A program made the position numbers and the translations under genes. From a virus, in the IMG/VR virus record IMGVR_UViG_3300032214_001462, positions 1 through 64,000 of that record: a stretch of 64,000 nucleotides of DNA; one strand, given 5' to 3'. Below, piece by piece: positions 9,844-18,338 of this stretch. The notes below the pieces were generated by a model, which saw nothing but the letters and a program-made list of their open reading frames with translations, was not told the DNA's origin and made no database searches. How positions within the stretch are numbered: position 1 is the stretch's first letter; each line of letters begins with the position of its first letter.

Positions 9844-9905
9844 TGATCAAATAAAAGACGGATGCATATTATCCGATTTGATTTGATCGTCAAGCAGCTA
9901 CAGAT

Positions 9906-10667
9906 TTATTTTCTGTTCTTGATGTTGTATCCAACAAATTTTCCTTCCTTCTTCCGTTGAGTAATGGCTTTCATGGCATCCGACCCAGCACGCTGGGAGC
10001 CATGGACCAAGAGTGCGAAGGGCTTATCACCTAAGCAATGGCTGTCGTCGTGATCTATTTGGAGACCACGCTCTGCCGCTTCCTCTTCTGTGTAAACAAC
10101 ATATGCCACACGCTGGAACACATCAGGATACTTGGGGATCAAGTAGTCGAGTGTGCCGCCTTGTGATGCAGTGAGATAGAAGTTAGGTGGCATGATGTCC
10201 TTAAGGTTTAGCCACATGCCAAGGGACTTGGTGTAGCTGTAGAACTTTTGATCAGGCCTACCTTGAGCGACCATGATCCAAGCACGCATGTAGTTTTCAG
10301 TCCAATAGTCACCAGACTCATGGATGCGCACAAGTTTTTTAGGTGCTTGCATCAAGAGTGATAGATCGATTAGATCACGGAGAAGCATAGCTTGGCTGCC
10401 ATTCATATGAATGGTTTCACGTAGTAGATCCCAGTTATGCCAACGAGCTTCTCTTACTGTTGGCCTGGTCTCGGCCATTGCAGCAAAGCAACGGTATTCA
10501 TCTGCGACTGTGCCAGTGAACTGAGGCAAGTCACGGATTTGACCAGTGACACGATCAGCCATGGTCTTACATACACCAGCGTGCGGACATGAATAACCAG
10601 CTGGGATATTAAAGATCAAACGATTTTTGAGTTTGCCGTTACCAGTGGAAAACTTGAGGAGTTTCAT
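9906..10667 (-). CDS. GP88-like protein (Cys-rich)
   Basis: GNGKLK...FNIPAGYSCPHAGVC...CFA, VRIHESGDY, FYSYTK. Confidence 0.7.
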   Translation of the reverse strand: MKLLKFSTGNGKLKNRLIFNIPAGYSCPHAGVCKTMADRVTGQIRDLPQFTGTVADEYRCFAAMAETRPTVREARWHNWDLLRETIHMNGSQAMLLRDLIDLSLLMQAPKKLVRIHESGDYWTENYMRAWIMVAQGRPDQKFYSYTKSLGMWLNLKDIMPPNFYLTASQGGTLDYLIPKYPDVFQRVAYVVYTEEEAAERGLQIDHDDSHCLGDKPFALLVHGSQRAGSDAMKAITQRKKEGKFVGYNIKNRK

Positions 10668-10702
10668 GGTGTTGAGTTGAGTTGAATGATAAAAAAAACT
10701 GA

Positions 10703-10730
10703 TGAGTAGTTTAGGGACATGCTCAGGTCC
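10703..10730 (-). ncRNA. Pseudoknot motif A, copy 4
   Basis: GGAC-C-UGAGCA-U-GUCC-CUAAAC-UACUCA; stem 1 shows compensatory changes. Confidence 0.7.
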
Positions 10731-10762
10731 ATCTTCCCGTTCGGGAATGCTAGTGGGTCTGA

Positions 10763-11233
10763 CTACTGGGCTTCAAGCTCATCAGCAATAGCGAGCAAGC
10801 GGTTCTTAACACCAAGCAGCGCCCAGTGCTCTTCTGGCGTCTGAGCTTTAATTGGTACTGGCACCACCTGATCCGCAGCGGCGCGAAGGGCGGCGGCGGC
10901 TATCTGTCGAGCTTCGTTGAGGCAATCTTCTGGGCCATAGGCGCTGCTGTTGTTGGCGGCATCCAGCACCGCCTGCGCGGCGGGGGAGAGGGGTGCGGTC
11001 ATTGGTGGCCCCCAGCGGGTCAAGGCTTCCGCAATCGCGTTCTCAAAACCAACTTCAGATCCTTCGCCCATGTGGCGATAGAACAACTCGGTCACATCAC
11101 TGTCCCTCGGCCTCTCCCCCGTCTCGGCCAGCAGTGCGCGGGCACGTTCCAGTAAGTCATGGTGCTTCATATCCACTGCGTAGGTGTTAAAGGCAGCGTG
11201 AAGCTCAGCGCACAGTGCTCGGAAGTCAGTCAT
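10763..11233 (-). CDS. Modular hypothetical protein (GC-rich block)
   Basis: MTDFRALCAEL...LSPAAQAVLDA...LLAIADELE. Confidence 0.7.
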   Translation of the reverse strand: MTDFRALCAELHAAFNTYAVDMKHHDLLERARALLAETGERPRDSDVTELFYRHMGEGSEVGFENAIAEALTRWGPPMTAPLSPAAQAVLDAANNSSAYGPEDCLNEARQIAAAALRAAADQVVPVPIKAQTPEEHWALLGVKNRLLAIADELEAQ

Positions 11234-11753
11234 CGAGTTGCTCCAGTGCGCGGCGGATGGTGTCGGAGTTGCAAGTTCCCATGTTCTCCAATGCGTCTAA
11301 TTCACTGAGTGCACGCTCCTTCAAGCTCGGCGGCTTGGGGCGGCGGACTTCCTCCTCCCAGTTGATAACCTCATCGTCTCGGCCAATAGCGCGGGCTACC
11401 TGATCCACCAGCGAACTATCAACTTGGTTTGAAGTAGAAGTTAGCGTCATACCAACCCTGAAGTTGGGCGTCAGCAATGCCTGTAACTCCGCCTGTTGCT
11501 TTGCAGTAAGTTTCAAAGGCTTGCTGATCTGGTAGATCTTTGATGTTTGGCGTTCAGCAGCTTCCAGAGATTCAACCCGACTACACAAAGCCAAAATGTT
11601 TGCATGGGTTTCGACGATGTGCTTGTGAGCTGCATCTTCTAGCACCTTTACCCTGGCGCGGAGTTCAAGGATGCAGGCTTGAGCGTGGCCGTCCCGACGA
11701 GCCCAATGCTCCGTGTCGGCCCATTGCTCGGGCGTTGCTGTGTGGTCAGTCAT
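11226..11753 (-). CDS. Modular hypothetical protein (GC-rich block)
   Basis: RRPKPPSLKE...RRALEQLDD; ATGACTGA junction. Confidence 0.7.
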   Translation of the reverse strand: MTDHTATPEQWADTEHWARRDGHAQACILELRARVKVLEDAAHKHIVETHANILALCSRVESLEAAERQTSKIYQISKPLKLTAKQQAELQALLTPNFRVGMTLTSTSNQVDSSLVDQVARAIGRDDEVINWEEEVRRPKPPSLKERALSELDALENMGTCNSDTIRRALEQLDD

Positions 11754-11872
11754 CGAGGGCCTCCAGTGCGCGGCGGAGAAGGGTCAGATCGCATTGCAGA
11801 TCCCAACGCTTTTCCAAACCAGTTACTACTTCTAGCGCCTGCTCCTTCAAGCTCGGCGGCTTGGGGCGGCGG
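11315..11872. repeat. 32-bp exact direct repeat (11315-11346 and 11841-11872)
   Basis: gctccttcaagctcggcggcttggggcggcgg occurs twice. Confidence 0.9.
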
Positions 11873-12072
11873 GCGGCGGTAAGAAACTCTCTGGCGTTGG
11901 AGTCACTCAACTCCAAGAGTTTGCAGCAAGCCTCCAGCTCCTGATCAGATCCCCAGCGGGCGGCTTGGGTGGCGATGTAGTCGTAGTAAGGGCCGAGCTG
12001 ATTATCCGCTTCTCTGTACCACTGCTGCACCAGCTCAGGCGGCGGAGTAATCGGGTGGTTGTTGTCAGTCAT
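11746..12072 (-). CDS. Modular hypothetical protein (GC-rich block)
   Basis: ITPPPELVQQW...RRPKPPSLKE...RRALEALDD. Confidence 0.7.
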   Translation of the reverse strand: MTDNNHPITPPPELVQQWYREADNQLGPYYDYIATQAARWGSDQELEACCKLLELSDSNAREFLTAARRPKPPSLKEQALEVVTGLEKRWDLQCDLTLLRRALEALDD

Positions 12073-12175
12073 GAGGAAGAGAAGTGTGTAGAACTAATTG
12101 GTGGTTGTGTTACAGGATGAACGACATCATATACATGAAGCGTCATATACTTTCCGTATAAACCGCTACAGAATA

Positions 12176-12328
12176 ATGACGCTTACATACCGTGGTGTCA
12201 AGTACGAGCAAGAGGATCGTGCTAAGGCAGACAAGGCCTGGTGGAACTTAGCCCATCGTCCATGGCTACGTCTGACGTACCGTAACATCCGCTACAATCC
12301 TTATCTTACTGGAGGTCAAATCAAATGA
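12176..12328 (+). CDS. DUF4278-like small protein
   Basis: MTLTYRGVKY plus a second LTYRNIRY repeat. Confidence 0.65.
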   Translation: MTLTYRGVKYEQEDRAKADKAWWNLAHRPWLRLTYRNIRYNPYLTGGQIK

Positions 12329-12441
12329 ACAAAGCATTGATTGTTTACCTGGTAAACCAGAAAAAGAAAGTGGCACGCAAGGATATGGAATCCAAGCATG
12401 CCATCAAAGAGCTAGAAAAACAAACAACCGCGACCTTCTGA
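12325..12441 (+). CDS. Small basic protein (38 aa)
   Basis: GGAGG at 12311; ATGA overlap; MNKALIVYLVNQKKK... Confidence 0.55.
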   Translation: MNKALIVYLVNQKKKVARKDMESKHAIKELEKQTTATF

Positions 12442-12472
12442 TCGCCATTGTTGAACCTGATCCCCTGGCTTA

Positions 12473-13120
12473 TCAGCTGGGGGATTCTGTTTGGAAGGCA
12501 GCTTCTCCAATGATGGGGAACTGTTCGCAAAAGATTCGTTTGATTTCTCTGGCAATTTGTTGGTGTTCAAGTTGTGTTGATTCATGACAACGTAAGTCTA
12601 GGTAGTGAACCCACGACCTAATTGTACCGTTCATGAAGAGACGAGTTTGTGTCGATAGCGGCAGAATGGAGCGAGCACATTCTTTTGCTACACCATTACT
12701 AACCATCTCACGATAGAGATGCTCAGAGTTTTCATAGAGTTCACTGATTCTCCTGTAGTAATTGCTTACTAAATCAGGAGATAGATCATCAATACTGTTC
12801 TGCCTATTCTTGTGATCCTGCCTACGCAGATGTGGAATTACAGCAGAGCCAAGTTCATTGGTATCTGCATAGCGTTGACTAAACTCTTGGAATGAGAATG
12901 AACGATGGCGAATAATCTGCGCAGATATTGCGCGTGTTGTTTCAATTTCAACACAAAGATTAGCCATCTCGTAAGGGCTCCAGTGTTTGTGCTTAATGAG
13001 ATAACGCAACAACCGTGGAGCAGTGTCCATGTTGTCTTGGTTTTTTGGAGCTGATACACGAGCCATGCGTGTGATCATCTCTTCTGCATTGGGCGTTGCC
13101 CAAACCAACTGGACACTCAT
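12473..13120 (-). CDS. thyX: FAD-dependent thymidylate synthase
   Basis: HWSPYE and RHRSFSFQEFSQRY ThyX motif. Confidence 0.95.
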   Translation of the reverse strand: MSVQLVWATPNAEEMITRMARVSAPKNQDNMDTAPRLLRYLIKHKHWSPYEMANLCVEIETTRAISAQIIRHRSFSFQEFSQRYADTNELGSAVIPHLRRQDHKNRQNSIDDLSPDLVSNYYRRISELYENSEHLYREMVSNGVAKECARSILPLSTQTRLFMNGTIRSWVHYLDLRCHESTQLEHQQIAREIKRIFCEQFPIIGEAAFQTESPS

Positions 13121-13121
13121 C

Positions 13122-13421
13122 TCATTCACCAGGGACAATAAATTCTTTCATCAGACGCTCAAGCTCTGATGCAGGACAGATACGCATCGTAGCGTGTTCT
13201 GTTGGTGAAGACAGATGATCCCACTGGATCACTAAGAACTTTTGCTTACGGCCAAGGCTGTTTGGTTTTTCAACAATGTCTAGTACATTGCCGTATCGCT
13301 GGGTGCGGTATTGCTGAATACGTTCTTTGACTTCATTACGGATAGCAAAGATCCCATGAGTCTTGGGACGTTCAGCAACACGATCACCAACGGTGTAAGT
13401 GAATTGACGTTTAGTTGGCAT
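13122..13421 (-). CDS. Hypothetical protein (possibly SH3-like)
   Basis: YTVGDRVAE...FLVIQWD. Confidence 0.6.
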   Translation of the reverse strand: MPTKRQFTYTVGDRVAERPKTHGIFAIRNEVKERIQQYRTQRYGNVLDIVEKPNSLGRKQKFLVIQWDHLSSPTEHATMRICPASELERLMKEFIVPGE

Positions 13422-13770
13422 AGTGATTGCAGTCGAATGAATCAGCTGTGTGGTACTCAGGGAAATCAAATGAGCAGTTGTCATTGATGTTATGAGAACA
13501 AGTCAAGCACTTGATCTCAGGTAGTCTGTCTTCTATTTGATCAACAACACTAGTGCCCATTAGCTTAGATAGTTGTTGATGCAAATGAAGTAGATGTTCG
13601 TACTGTGCATAGGCTTCGGATGAGATTTCATATGTTGTGAAGCGATGTTTACAGTCTTCACATTCTTTACGGCGCCGCTGTCCATGTTGTGCTTTCTTGG
13701 ATTCAAGCACACGAACAGCGGACTTACCGCATTGAGGACAATCAGGGAGCTTGAGTTTCTGGAACCCCAT
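13411..13770 (-). CDS. NrdR-like Zn-ribbon protein without ATP-cone
   Basis: CPQCG...RVLES...RRRKECEDCKHRFTTYE. Confidence 0.7.
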   Translation of the reverse strand: MGFQKLKLPDCPQCGKSAVRVLESKKAQHGQRRRKECEDCKHRFTTYEISSEAYAQYEHLLHLHQQLSKLMGTSVVDQIEDRLPEIKCLTCSHNINDNCSFDFPEYHTADSFDCNHYAN

Positions 13771-14065
13771 CTTCTTTAGATAAGTTCAATGAGTTGAGTA
13801 GTTCAAGACAATTAACTGAACCCATGATTTTAAATGAATCAATAATTAATTCTTCCTTGAAATCAGGAAGTTCATAGTATGCAAATAAGATGGCTTCTGC
13901 TTTATCGAAGTCATCATAAGAGCCTGTTAGTTTTTCAATAACAGAGCCAGGCATGTTGTCAACAAGACAGGTAATAATTGATTGTCTGACTTGTTCCCAA
14001 CAATGATCAGGAACTAGATAAATTGTTTTAGCAACAAGATCAAGGTCAACGTAGTCTTGTGTCAT
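13742..14065 (-). CDS. Hypothetical protein
   Basis: ORF track. Confidence 0.6.
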   Translation of the reverse strand: MTQDYVDLDLVAKTIYLVPDHCWEQVRQSIITCLVDNMPGSVIEKLTGSYDDFDKAEAILFAYYELPDFKEELIIDSFKIMGSVNCLELLNSLNLSKEDGVPETQAP

Positions 14066-14112
14066 ATAGAAAGACCCCCGCCAATGCAGGGGCCGAACAT
14101 TCCGGTAGTACC

Positions 14113-14475
14113 TTAGACAGCTGTAGCTTCTGTGTCAATGAGCTTGTCATAAAGACCAGCATCCTTGAGCCGCTCAAGCATGCCACACATCATGGTTGCG
14201 TGGGCTTGAGTGGTCTCCATGAAGTGACGTGCACGTTCAGCTGAGATCACATGAACGTTGCCGTTAGGTTCGACATACTTCCATGAGCCATCAGGCTGAG
14301 GATCACCCTGGAGCGCAAGCTTCTCAGAGTTACGGACGTAACGTAGCTCAAGGTTATGATGATCCTTAAGGCCATCACCATCCGTCCATGTAGCACCGAT
14401 GTTGTAGCGCTTCTCATCATCAGAGTATGCATGGAACTCAGGGATGAGAGATTTGAAAGCAGAAAGGAATTGCAT
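14113..14475 (-). CDS. Hypothetical protein
   Basis: ORF track; followed by a terminator-like hairpin at about 14068-14095. Confidence 0.65.
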   Translation of the reverse strand: MQFLSAFKSLIPEFHAYSDDEKRYNIGATWTDGDGLKDHHNLELRYVRNSEKLALQGDPQPDGSWKYVEPNGNVHVISAERARHFMETTQAHATMMCGMLERLKDAGLYDKLIDTEATAV

Positions 14476-14505
14476 TGTTTTGAATTGAGTGTGGGTTGGT
14501 AGCCG

Positions 14506-14535
14506 ACTGGGACTTACACCTTATGGATGCCCAGT
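14506..14535 (-). ncRNA. Bulged-stem motif B, copy 1
   Basis: ACUGGG-CAUCCAUAAGGUG-UAAGU-CCCAGU. Confidence 0.65.
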
Positions 14536-14586
14536 TATGTGTGTCACATATTTATTGCTTGGCTCATAGTTAAGTAAAGAAAAGAC

Positions 14587-14660
14587 TGCCTGCTGACGGA
14601 TTCGAACCGACACTGAACGAGGCTTAAACTCGTCGCCTCTACCAGTTGGGCTAAGCAGGC
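14587..14660 (-). tRNA. trnL: tRNA-Leu(UAA), short variable loop, CCA not encoded
   Basis: Acceptor stem GCCTGCT/AGCAGGC+A; anticodon arm ACGAG-TTTAAGC-CTCGT; T-loop TTCGAAT. Confidence 0.9.
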
Positions 14661-14860
14661 TCGCTTGGACTTACGTCAATTGCATCTGACTGCCAAGTGT
14701 GATCTTGAGGCAGGACTTCCATTCCGTAAGTCCAGCTATCGTAGTCTTCTTCGTTGCGGGGATCGTCTTCAATCAAGATGTACTGTGGTGAATTGTCATG
14801 AATGTAATCGCCGAGATTAGCTAGTGCCATGGCAAGCAACTGCTCATCGGTATGGTCCAT
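14651..14860 (-). CDS. Small acidic protein; 3' end overlaps motif B2 and the tRNA 5' end
   Basis: ORF track; D/E-rich. Confidence 0.55.
   Translation of the reverse strand: MDHTDEQLLAMALANLGDYIHDNSPQYILIEDDPRNEEDYDSWTYGMEVLPQDHTWQSDAIDVSPSEPA
14664..14697 (-). ncRNA. Bulged-stem motif B, copy 2 (3 nt upstream of the tRNA)
   Basis: CUUGG-CAGUCA...UGACG-UAAGU-CCAAG. Confidence 0.6.
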
Positions 14861-14909
14861 GGTTAAAGAGGCATCCCATTTACGAGGATAGGATGCCCCT
14901 GCTGTGGCT

Positions 14910-16619
14910 TCAGCAATTAGATGCTAGCTGCTTTTCACGGGAGTGCAAGGCCAGCTTGAATGCAGCGGAGTACTGCTCTTGCTGGCAGTCATCCAATCGC
15001 TGGTTGCCAACACCAGCAATTTGTTTGACGTTCATCACACCCATGGATACATCCAGTTGGATGGTGAAGGTTGGTTTGCTATCAATCATGCAGAGCACAA
15101 TGAAGTGCTTGCGTTTCTTGATGTTCTCAGCATACTGAGATGCAGAGCCAACACAGTTGCGAACAGCTTGGCCCCATTGGGCTAGCTGATGCGTATCAAT
15201 GGGTTGGAGGAATGTCCATTCTTGTTCACCCATGTTGACCTTGACAGGCATAGGGAACAAGTCCTGGTACAGAGACTCCTTCTTGTTTGTGATCTTCCAC
15301 GCCTCTGCTTGTACATAGTCATGGAAGTCAGGCATACGCCAGCGCTTGGGTGGTTCAAGCGTCTTACCTTCTTCTAGAATGCGCATGATCATTGAGAATG
15401 TATCATTTAATTCATAGAAACTTTTAAGATGATAATCATAATCAGACATTGAACCAATACGTGCGCCAATGTCAAGTTCGTTATATTTACGCAAGATATT
15501 AAAGAATGAAGCAACAGACATATGTTGGCGTAGCCATTCAATTAATTGAGAATCAGTACGTAAATAGTCAAGACGAATTGAACGTAGCTCATCGTAGTAA
15601 GTACGGTAATGATCGAGTGGGCATTCAGGCCAAATCTTATTTACAAAGTGAATTGAATTAGTGATTTGCTCGAATGCTTTATAGCCATACTTAATTGTTT
15701 TACGTGCTGTATTATCTGGATTGTTATATTCTGCAGTGCAGCGATCAAGTTCTATTTGTAATTGTTTCTTGATATATGGAGTAGTAATGATATGACTGAT
15801 TGCTGTAAGTGTTACATAAGTTGAAGACAAAGTACCATGCTCTTTGCGGAATGATTCCGCAGTATCAAGCATGTTATCTACTGTCAACTTAAAGTTAGCT
15901 TTGTCAGAGATATGGCGAGTCAGTGACGCTGGTATGTCTAGCGCATCAAGTACGTTGTTGCACTTGATGCGATCAAAGATACCACGTGAATCAGACCATG
16001 ATGGTATGGTTGACATCAGCTCTTGCTCAAATTGAGTAATTGCTGCTGCCATATCACGTGACTTTTGGTAGTAATTACCAACGCTTGATTTACGCCAATG
16101 ACGAGAATCATTGCCATTAACAATGTCTTGCTTGGTAATTAATTGAGAGTAAGTAAAGATCTGTACGCCCCGACCAGTGGTGTGCTCAGTGCATTGATCT
16201 TTACTATTCCAGATTTGATGCGGCACCATCTTTGCTGCTGCCGATGTGTTCTTGAATCCATAGGCATAGCCATAGATATAGTCTTCACCTCGTTGAGGGA
16301 GCCATGCTGCGTACCAGCATTGTTCGTAGTGATAGAGAATAGCGATAGGTACAGTGCGTGCTTGCGGAGTTGCCACATCCACAAGCTTGGTAAACAATTG
16401 AAAACGGCCTGGTGCTAGCTCGCTATTGATGCGGTCTATCGCATCTTGCTGCAAGCCACTGCGTACGACATCTTCTGGGATCAGATGTGGGATATTACCC
16501 AGTGGGTACTTAGCTTTCTTAGGAGCCTTAGCAGGTTCCTGTTCTCTGACCAAAGCCTTGAGCTTTGGGTCATAGGCAAGCAGTTCTTGTTGGAGATTGG
16601 AGGGTAGAGCAAAATGCAT
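14910..16619 (-). CDS. PcfJ-like domain protein
   Basis: C-terminal FHD...LAQWGQAVRNCVGS...FTIQL...QIAGVGN. Confidence 0.75.
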   Translation of the reverse strand: MHFALPSNLQQELLAYDPKLKALVREQEPAKAPKKAKYPLGNIPHLIPEDVVRSGLQQDAIDRINSELAPGRFQLFTKLVDVATPQARTVPIAILYHYEQCWYAAWLPQRGEDYIYGYAYGFKNTSAAAKMVPHQIWNSKDQCTEHTTGRGVQIFTYSQLITKQDIVNGNDSRHWRKSSVGNYYQKSRDMAAAITQFEQELMSTIPSWSDSRGIFDRIKCNNVLDALDIPASLTRHISDKANFKLTVDNMLDTAESFRKEHGTLSSTYVTLTAISHIITTPYIKKQLQIELDRCTAEYNNPDNTARKTIKYGYKAFEQITNSIHFVNKIWPECPLDHYRTYYDELRSIRLDYLRTDSQLIEWLRQHMSVASFFNILRKYNELDIGARIGSMSDYDYHLKSFYELNDTFSMIMRILEEGKTLEPPKRWRMPDFHDYVQAEAWKITNKKESLYQDLFPMPVKVNMGEQEWTFLQPIDTHQLAQWGQAVRNCVGSASQYAENIKKRKHFIVLCMIDSKPTFTIQLDVSMGVMNVKQIAGVGNQRLDDCQQEQYSAAFKLALHSREKQLASNC

Positions 16620-16648
16620 GAGTTGAGTTCGTAGTTGGTTCGTAGTAT

Positions 16649-16676
16649 TGAGCAGTTTAGCGTCATGCTCAGGACG
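16649..16676 (-). ncRNA. Pseudoknot motif A, copy 5
   Basis: CGUC-C-UGAGCA-U-GACG-CUAAAC-UGCUCA. Confidence 0.75.
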
Positions 16677-16686
16677 TATGACTTAG

Positions 16687-16929
16687 TTAGTCAAGCTCTA
16701 CAAGTTGCCATTGAGGATCGAGGGAATCAAGATAGCTACAGAAGCCGTCTTCATCAAGAGGTATTGGTTCCTCTGGATCCAGTTCAATAGTTGCTTGACA
16801 CAATGCTGGAGCCCACTCTTCAGGTTCGAAGCGAGTCGCCCGATAGAGGAGGCGCATTTCGTCAACAAGAGCTGTAACTGTGACATGAGTATCTGTGAAT
16901 TGAGTATGTTCGATTGCGAGTACAGTCAT
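16687..16929 (-). CDS. Acidic hypothetical protein
   Basis: ORF track. Confidence 0.65.
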   Translation of the reverse strand: MTVLAIEHTQFTDTHVTVTALVDEMRLLYRATRFEPEEWAPALCQATIELDPEEPIPLDEDGFCSYLDSLDPQWQLVELD

Positions 16930-17114
16930 TAGTCAGGTTCCACAAATGAAACTGTGTTTGATATGAAACACTTGTAACGAGTCCACGCCCTTGCAGTTGT
17001 GTGCTCGCCCATGAAACGATTGTTATCAAGGCAATTTTGATGTGCACGTTCCGATGCACAACGTGCAATGTTGATGCGTTCGAACAAGCTGAGGTTTGTG
17101 TCTCTGTTGTACAT
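16929..17114 (-). CDS. Hypothetical protein
   Basis: CTCAACTCAACTC leader; TAATG junction. Confidence 0.6.
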   Translation of the reverse strand: MYNRDTNLSLFERINIARCASERAHQNCLDNNRFMGEHTTARAWTRYKCFISNTVSFVEPD

Positions 17115-17138
17115 GAGTTGAGTTGAGTAATTGGATTT

Positions 17139-17172
17139 GATCTAGGACTTACACCTTACGGATGCCTAGATC
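17139..17172 (-). ncRNA. Bulged-stem motif B, copy 3
   Basis: GAUCUAGG-CAUCCGUAAGGUG-UAAGU-CCUAGAUC. Confidence 0.7.
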
Positions 17173-17173
17173 T

Positions 17174-17371
17174 TTAGATTAATTTAATGTTTGGAATGCT
17201 CAATCCTGTGCCAGGAACACTGAGTGATCCTTTGACACCATTTGGATTGGCATTGAGAGTTAGTTGGAATGGACCAAGCTTAATCGCTTTGGTCATTGAT
17301 TTAATTCCGTGTTCAGTTATGTTGACACCATGGATGGTGCGATCAAAACTGATGAGTGATTTCTTAGTCAT
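17174..17371 (-). CDS. DUF4236-like small protein
   Basis: KAIKLGPFQLTLN...SVPGTGLS. Confidence 0.5.
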   Translation of the reverse strand: MTKKSLISFDRTIHGVNITEHGIKSMTKAIKLGPFQLTLNANPNGVKGSLSVPGTGLSIPNIKLI

Positions 17372-17577
17372 TTGAGGTCTTCAGGTAGGAGTGCATTGGC
17401 ATCATCGTCATCCATATTTGTCATGACGAATTTCTGTCCATCGGGGGATATAAAGCCACCGATGAAACCGATGCCATGTTTATCTGCTGATTCTTTCATC
17501 TTTGCTACAAGCTGCATAGCTTGAAGTCTTTGCATATCCAGAGAGTCTGGTATGCGAGGAGTGTTTGGTGTTGGCAT
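17368..17577 (-). CDS. Hypothetical protein
   Basis: ORF track; CTCAAC leader. Confidence 0.6.
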   Translation of the reverse strand: MPTPNTPRIPDSLDMQRLQAMQLVAKMKESADKHGIGFIGGFISPDGQKFVMTNMDDDDANALLPEDLK

Positions 17578-17739
17578 TGATGTTGAGTTGATTAACTGAT
17601 GAAGTCTATCAGGGTTGTAAAGGGTTGATTGATGTATTAAAAGATATTACTTATAGATAGTACTTATATAAACCATAGATCCCCCCTGGTACTCCACTGG
17701 GGGAGTGTGAGGGGGGGAATACATGTGTACTACCTGATG

Positions 17740-18210
17740 TTACCGATGCATCTCCTGGTGTTCTTTCCATGCAGCTGCATGCATTTCTGCTGCAGTGATG
17801 GGTGGTTCACCAGGTTCGTTAGGTGTTGGATCGTAGTCGATCTCATCTTCCAACATGCCGATGACCTCATCGACAATGTTACGCATGTGCGGATCAAGAT
17901 GCTCGTCCATTTGATGACGCTTATCTTCGCGAGCACAAATGGCTTTAAGTGCATCAACTACTAGCTTTAGTTGATGGTACTCATTCTTGGTCCAATCAAT
18001 TGCTGGATACTTCTTGGTTTGTTCCATGGTTGAGTTAAGGTTGAGGTTGGGTTGTAGATACCAATCGTGTTTGTTTACCATTGCTTCACAGTGGTAACAC
18101 TGAAGTGCTGTCCACTGGAAGTGATAAACAGTTGTCCGATTGTTGCACTGTGGGCAGTAAATAGATTTACCACCTTGCGATGCACGTGTTGAGTCTGTTA
18201 CTTGTGTCAT
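17740..18210 (-). CDS. Zn-ribbon hypothetical protein (possible second start near 18027)
   Basis: CPQC and CYHC pairs; internal CTCAACC-ATG leader. Confidence 0.6.
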   Translation of the reverse strand: MTQVTDSTRASQGGKSIYCPQCNNRTTVYHFQWTALQCYHCEAMVNKHDWYLQPNLNLNSTMEQTKKYPAIDWTKNEYHQLKLVVDALKAICAREDKRHQMDEHLDPHMRNIVDEVIGMLEDEIDYDPTPNEPGEPPITAAEMHAAAWKEHQEMHR

Positions 18211-18228
18211 TGACAGATCACAGTAAAT

Positions 18229-18269
18229 CCTGGGACTTACACACCGTACTTACGTAGGTGAAGCCCAGG
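18229..18269 (-). ncRNA. Bulged-stem motif B, copy 4
   Basis: CCUGGG-CUUCACC...GGUGUG-UAAGU-CCCAGG. Confidence 0.65.
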
Positions 18270-18338
18270 TGTGGACTGATGTATTGGCATGTATTCGCTA
18301 TTTGCGAATAGCAAATATATAACGGAAGTGTTATGGAG

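Noticed and set aside
12110-12175. Glutamine riboswitch upstream of the DUF4278-like gene
   Set aside because: CGTTCA occurs only on the wrong strand and the rest of the consensus is missing
14500-14586. HDV-like theta ribozyme 3' of the tRNA
   Set aside because: I could not build the nested double pseudoknot; only motif B is evident
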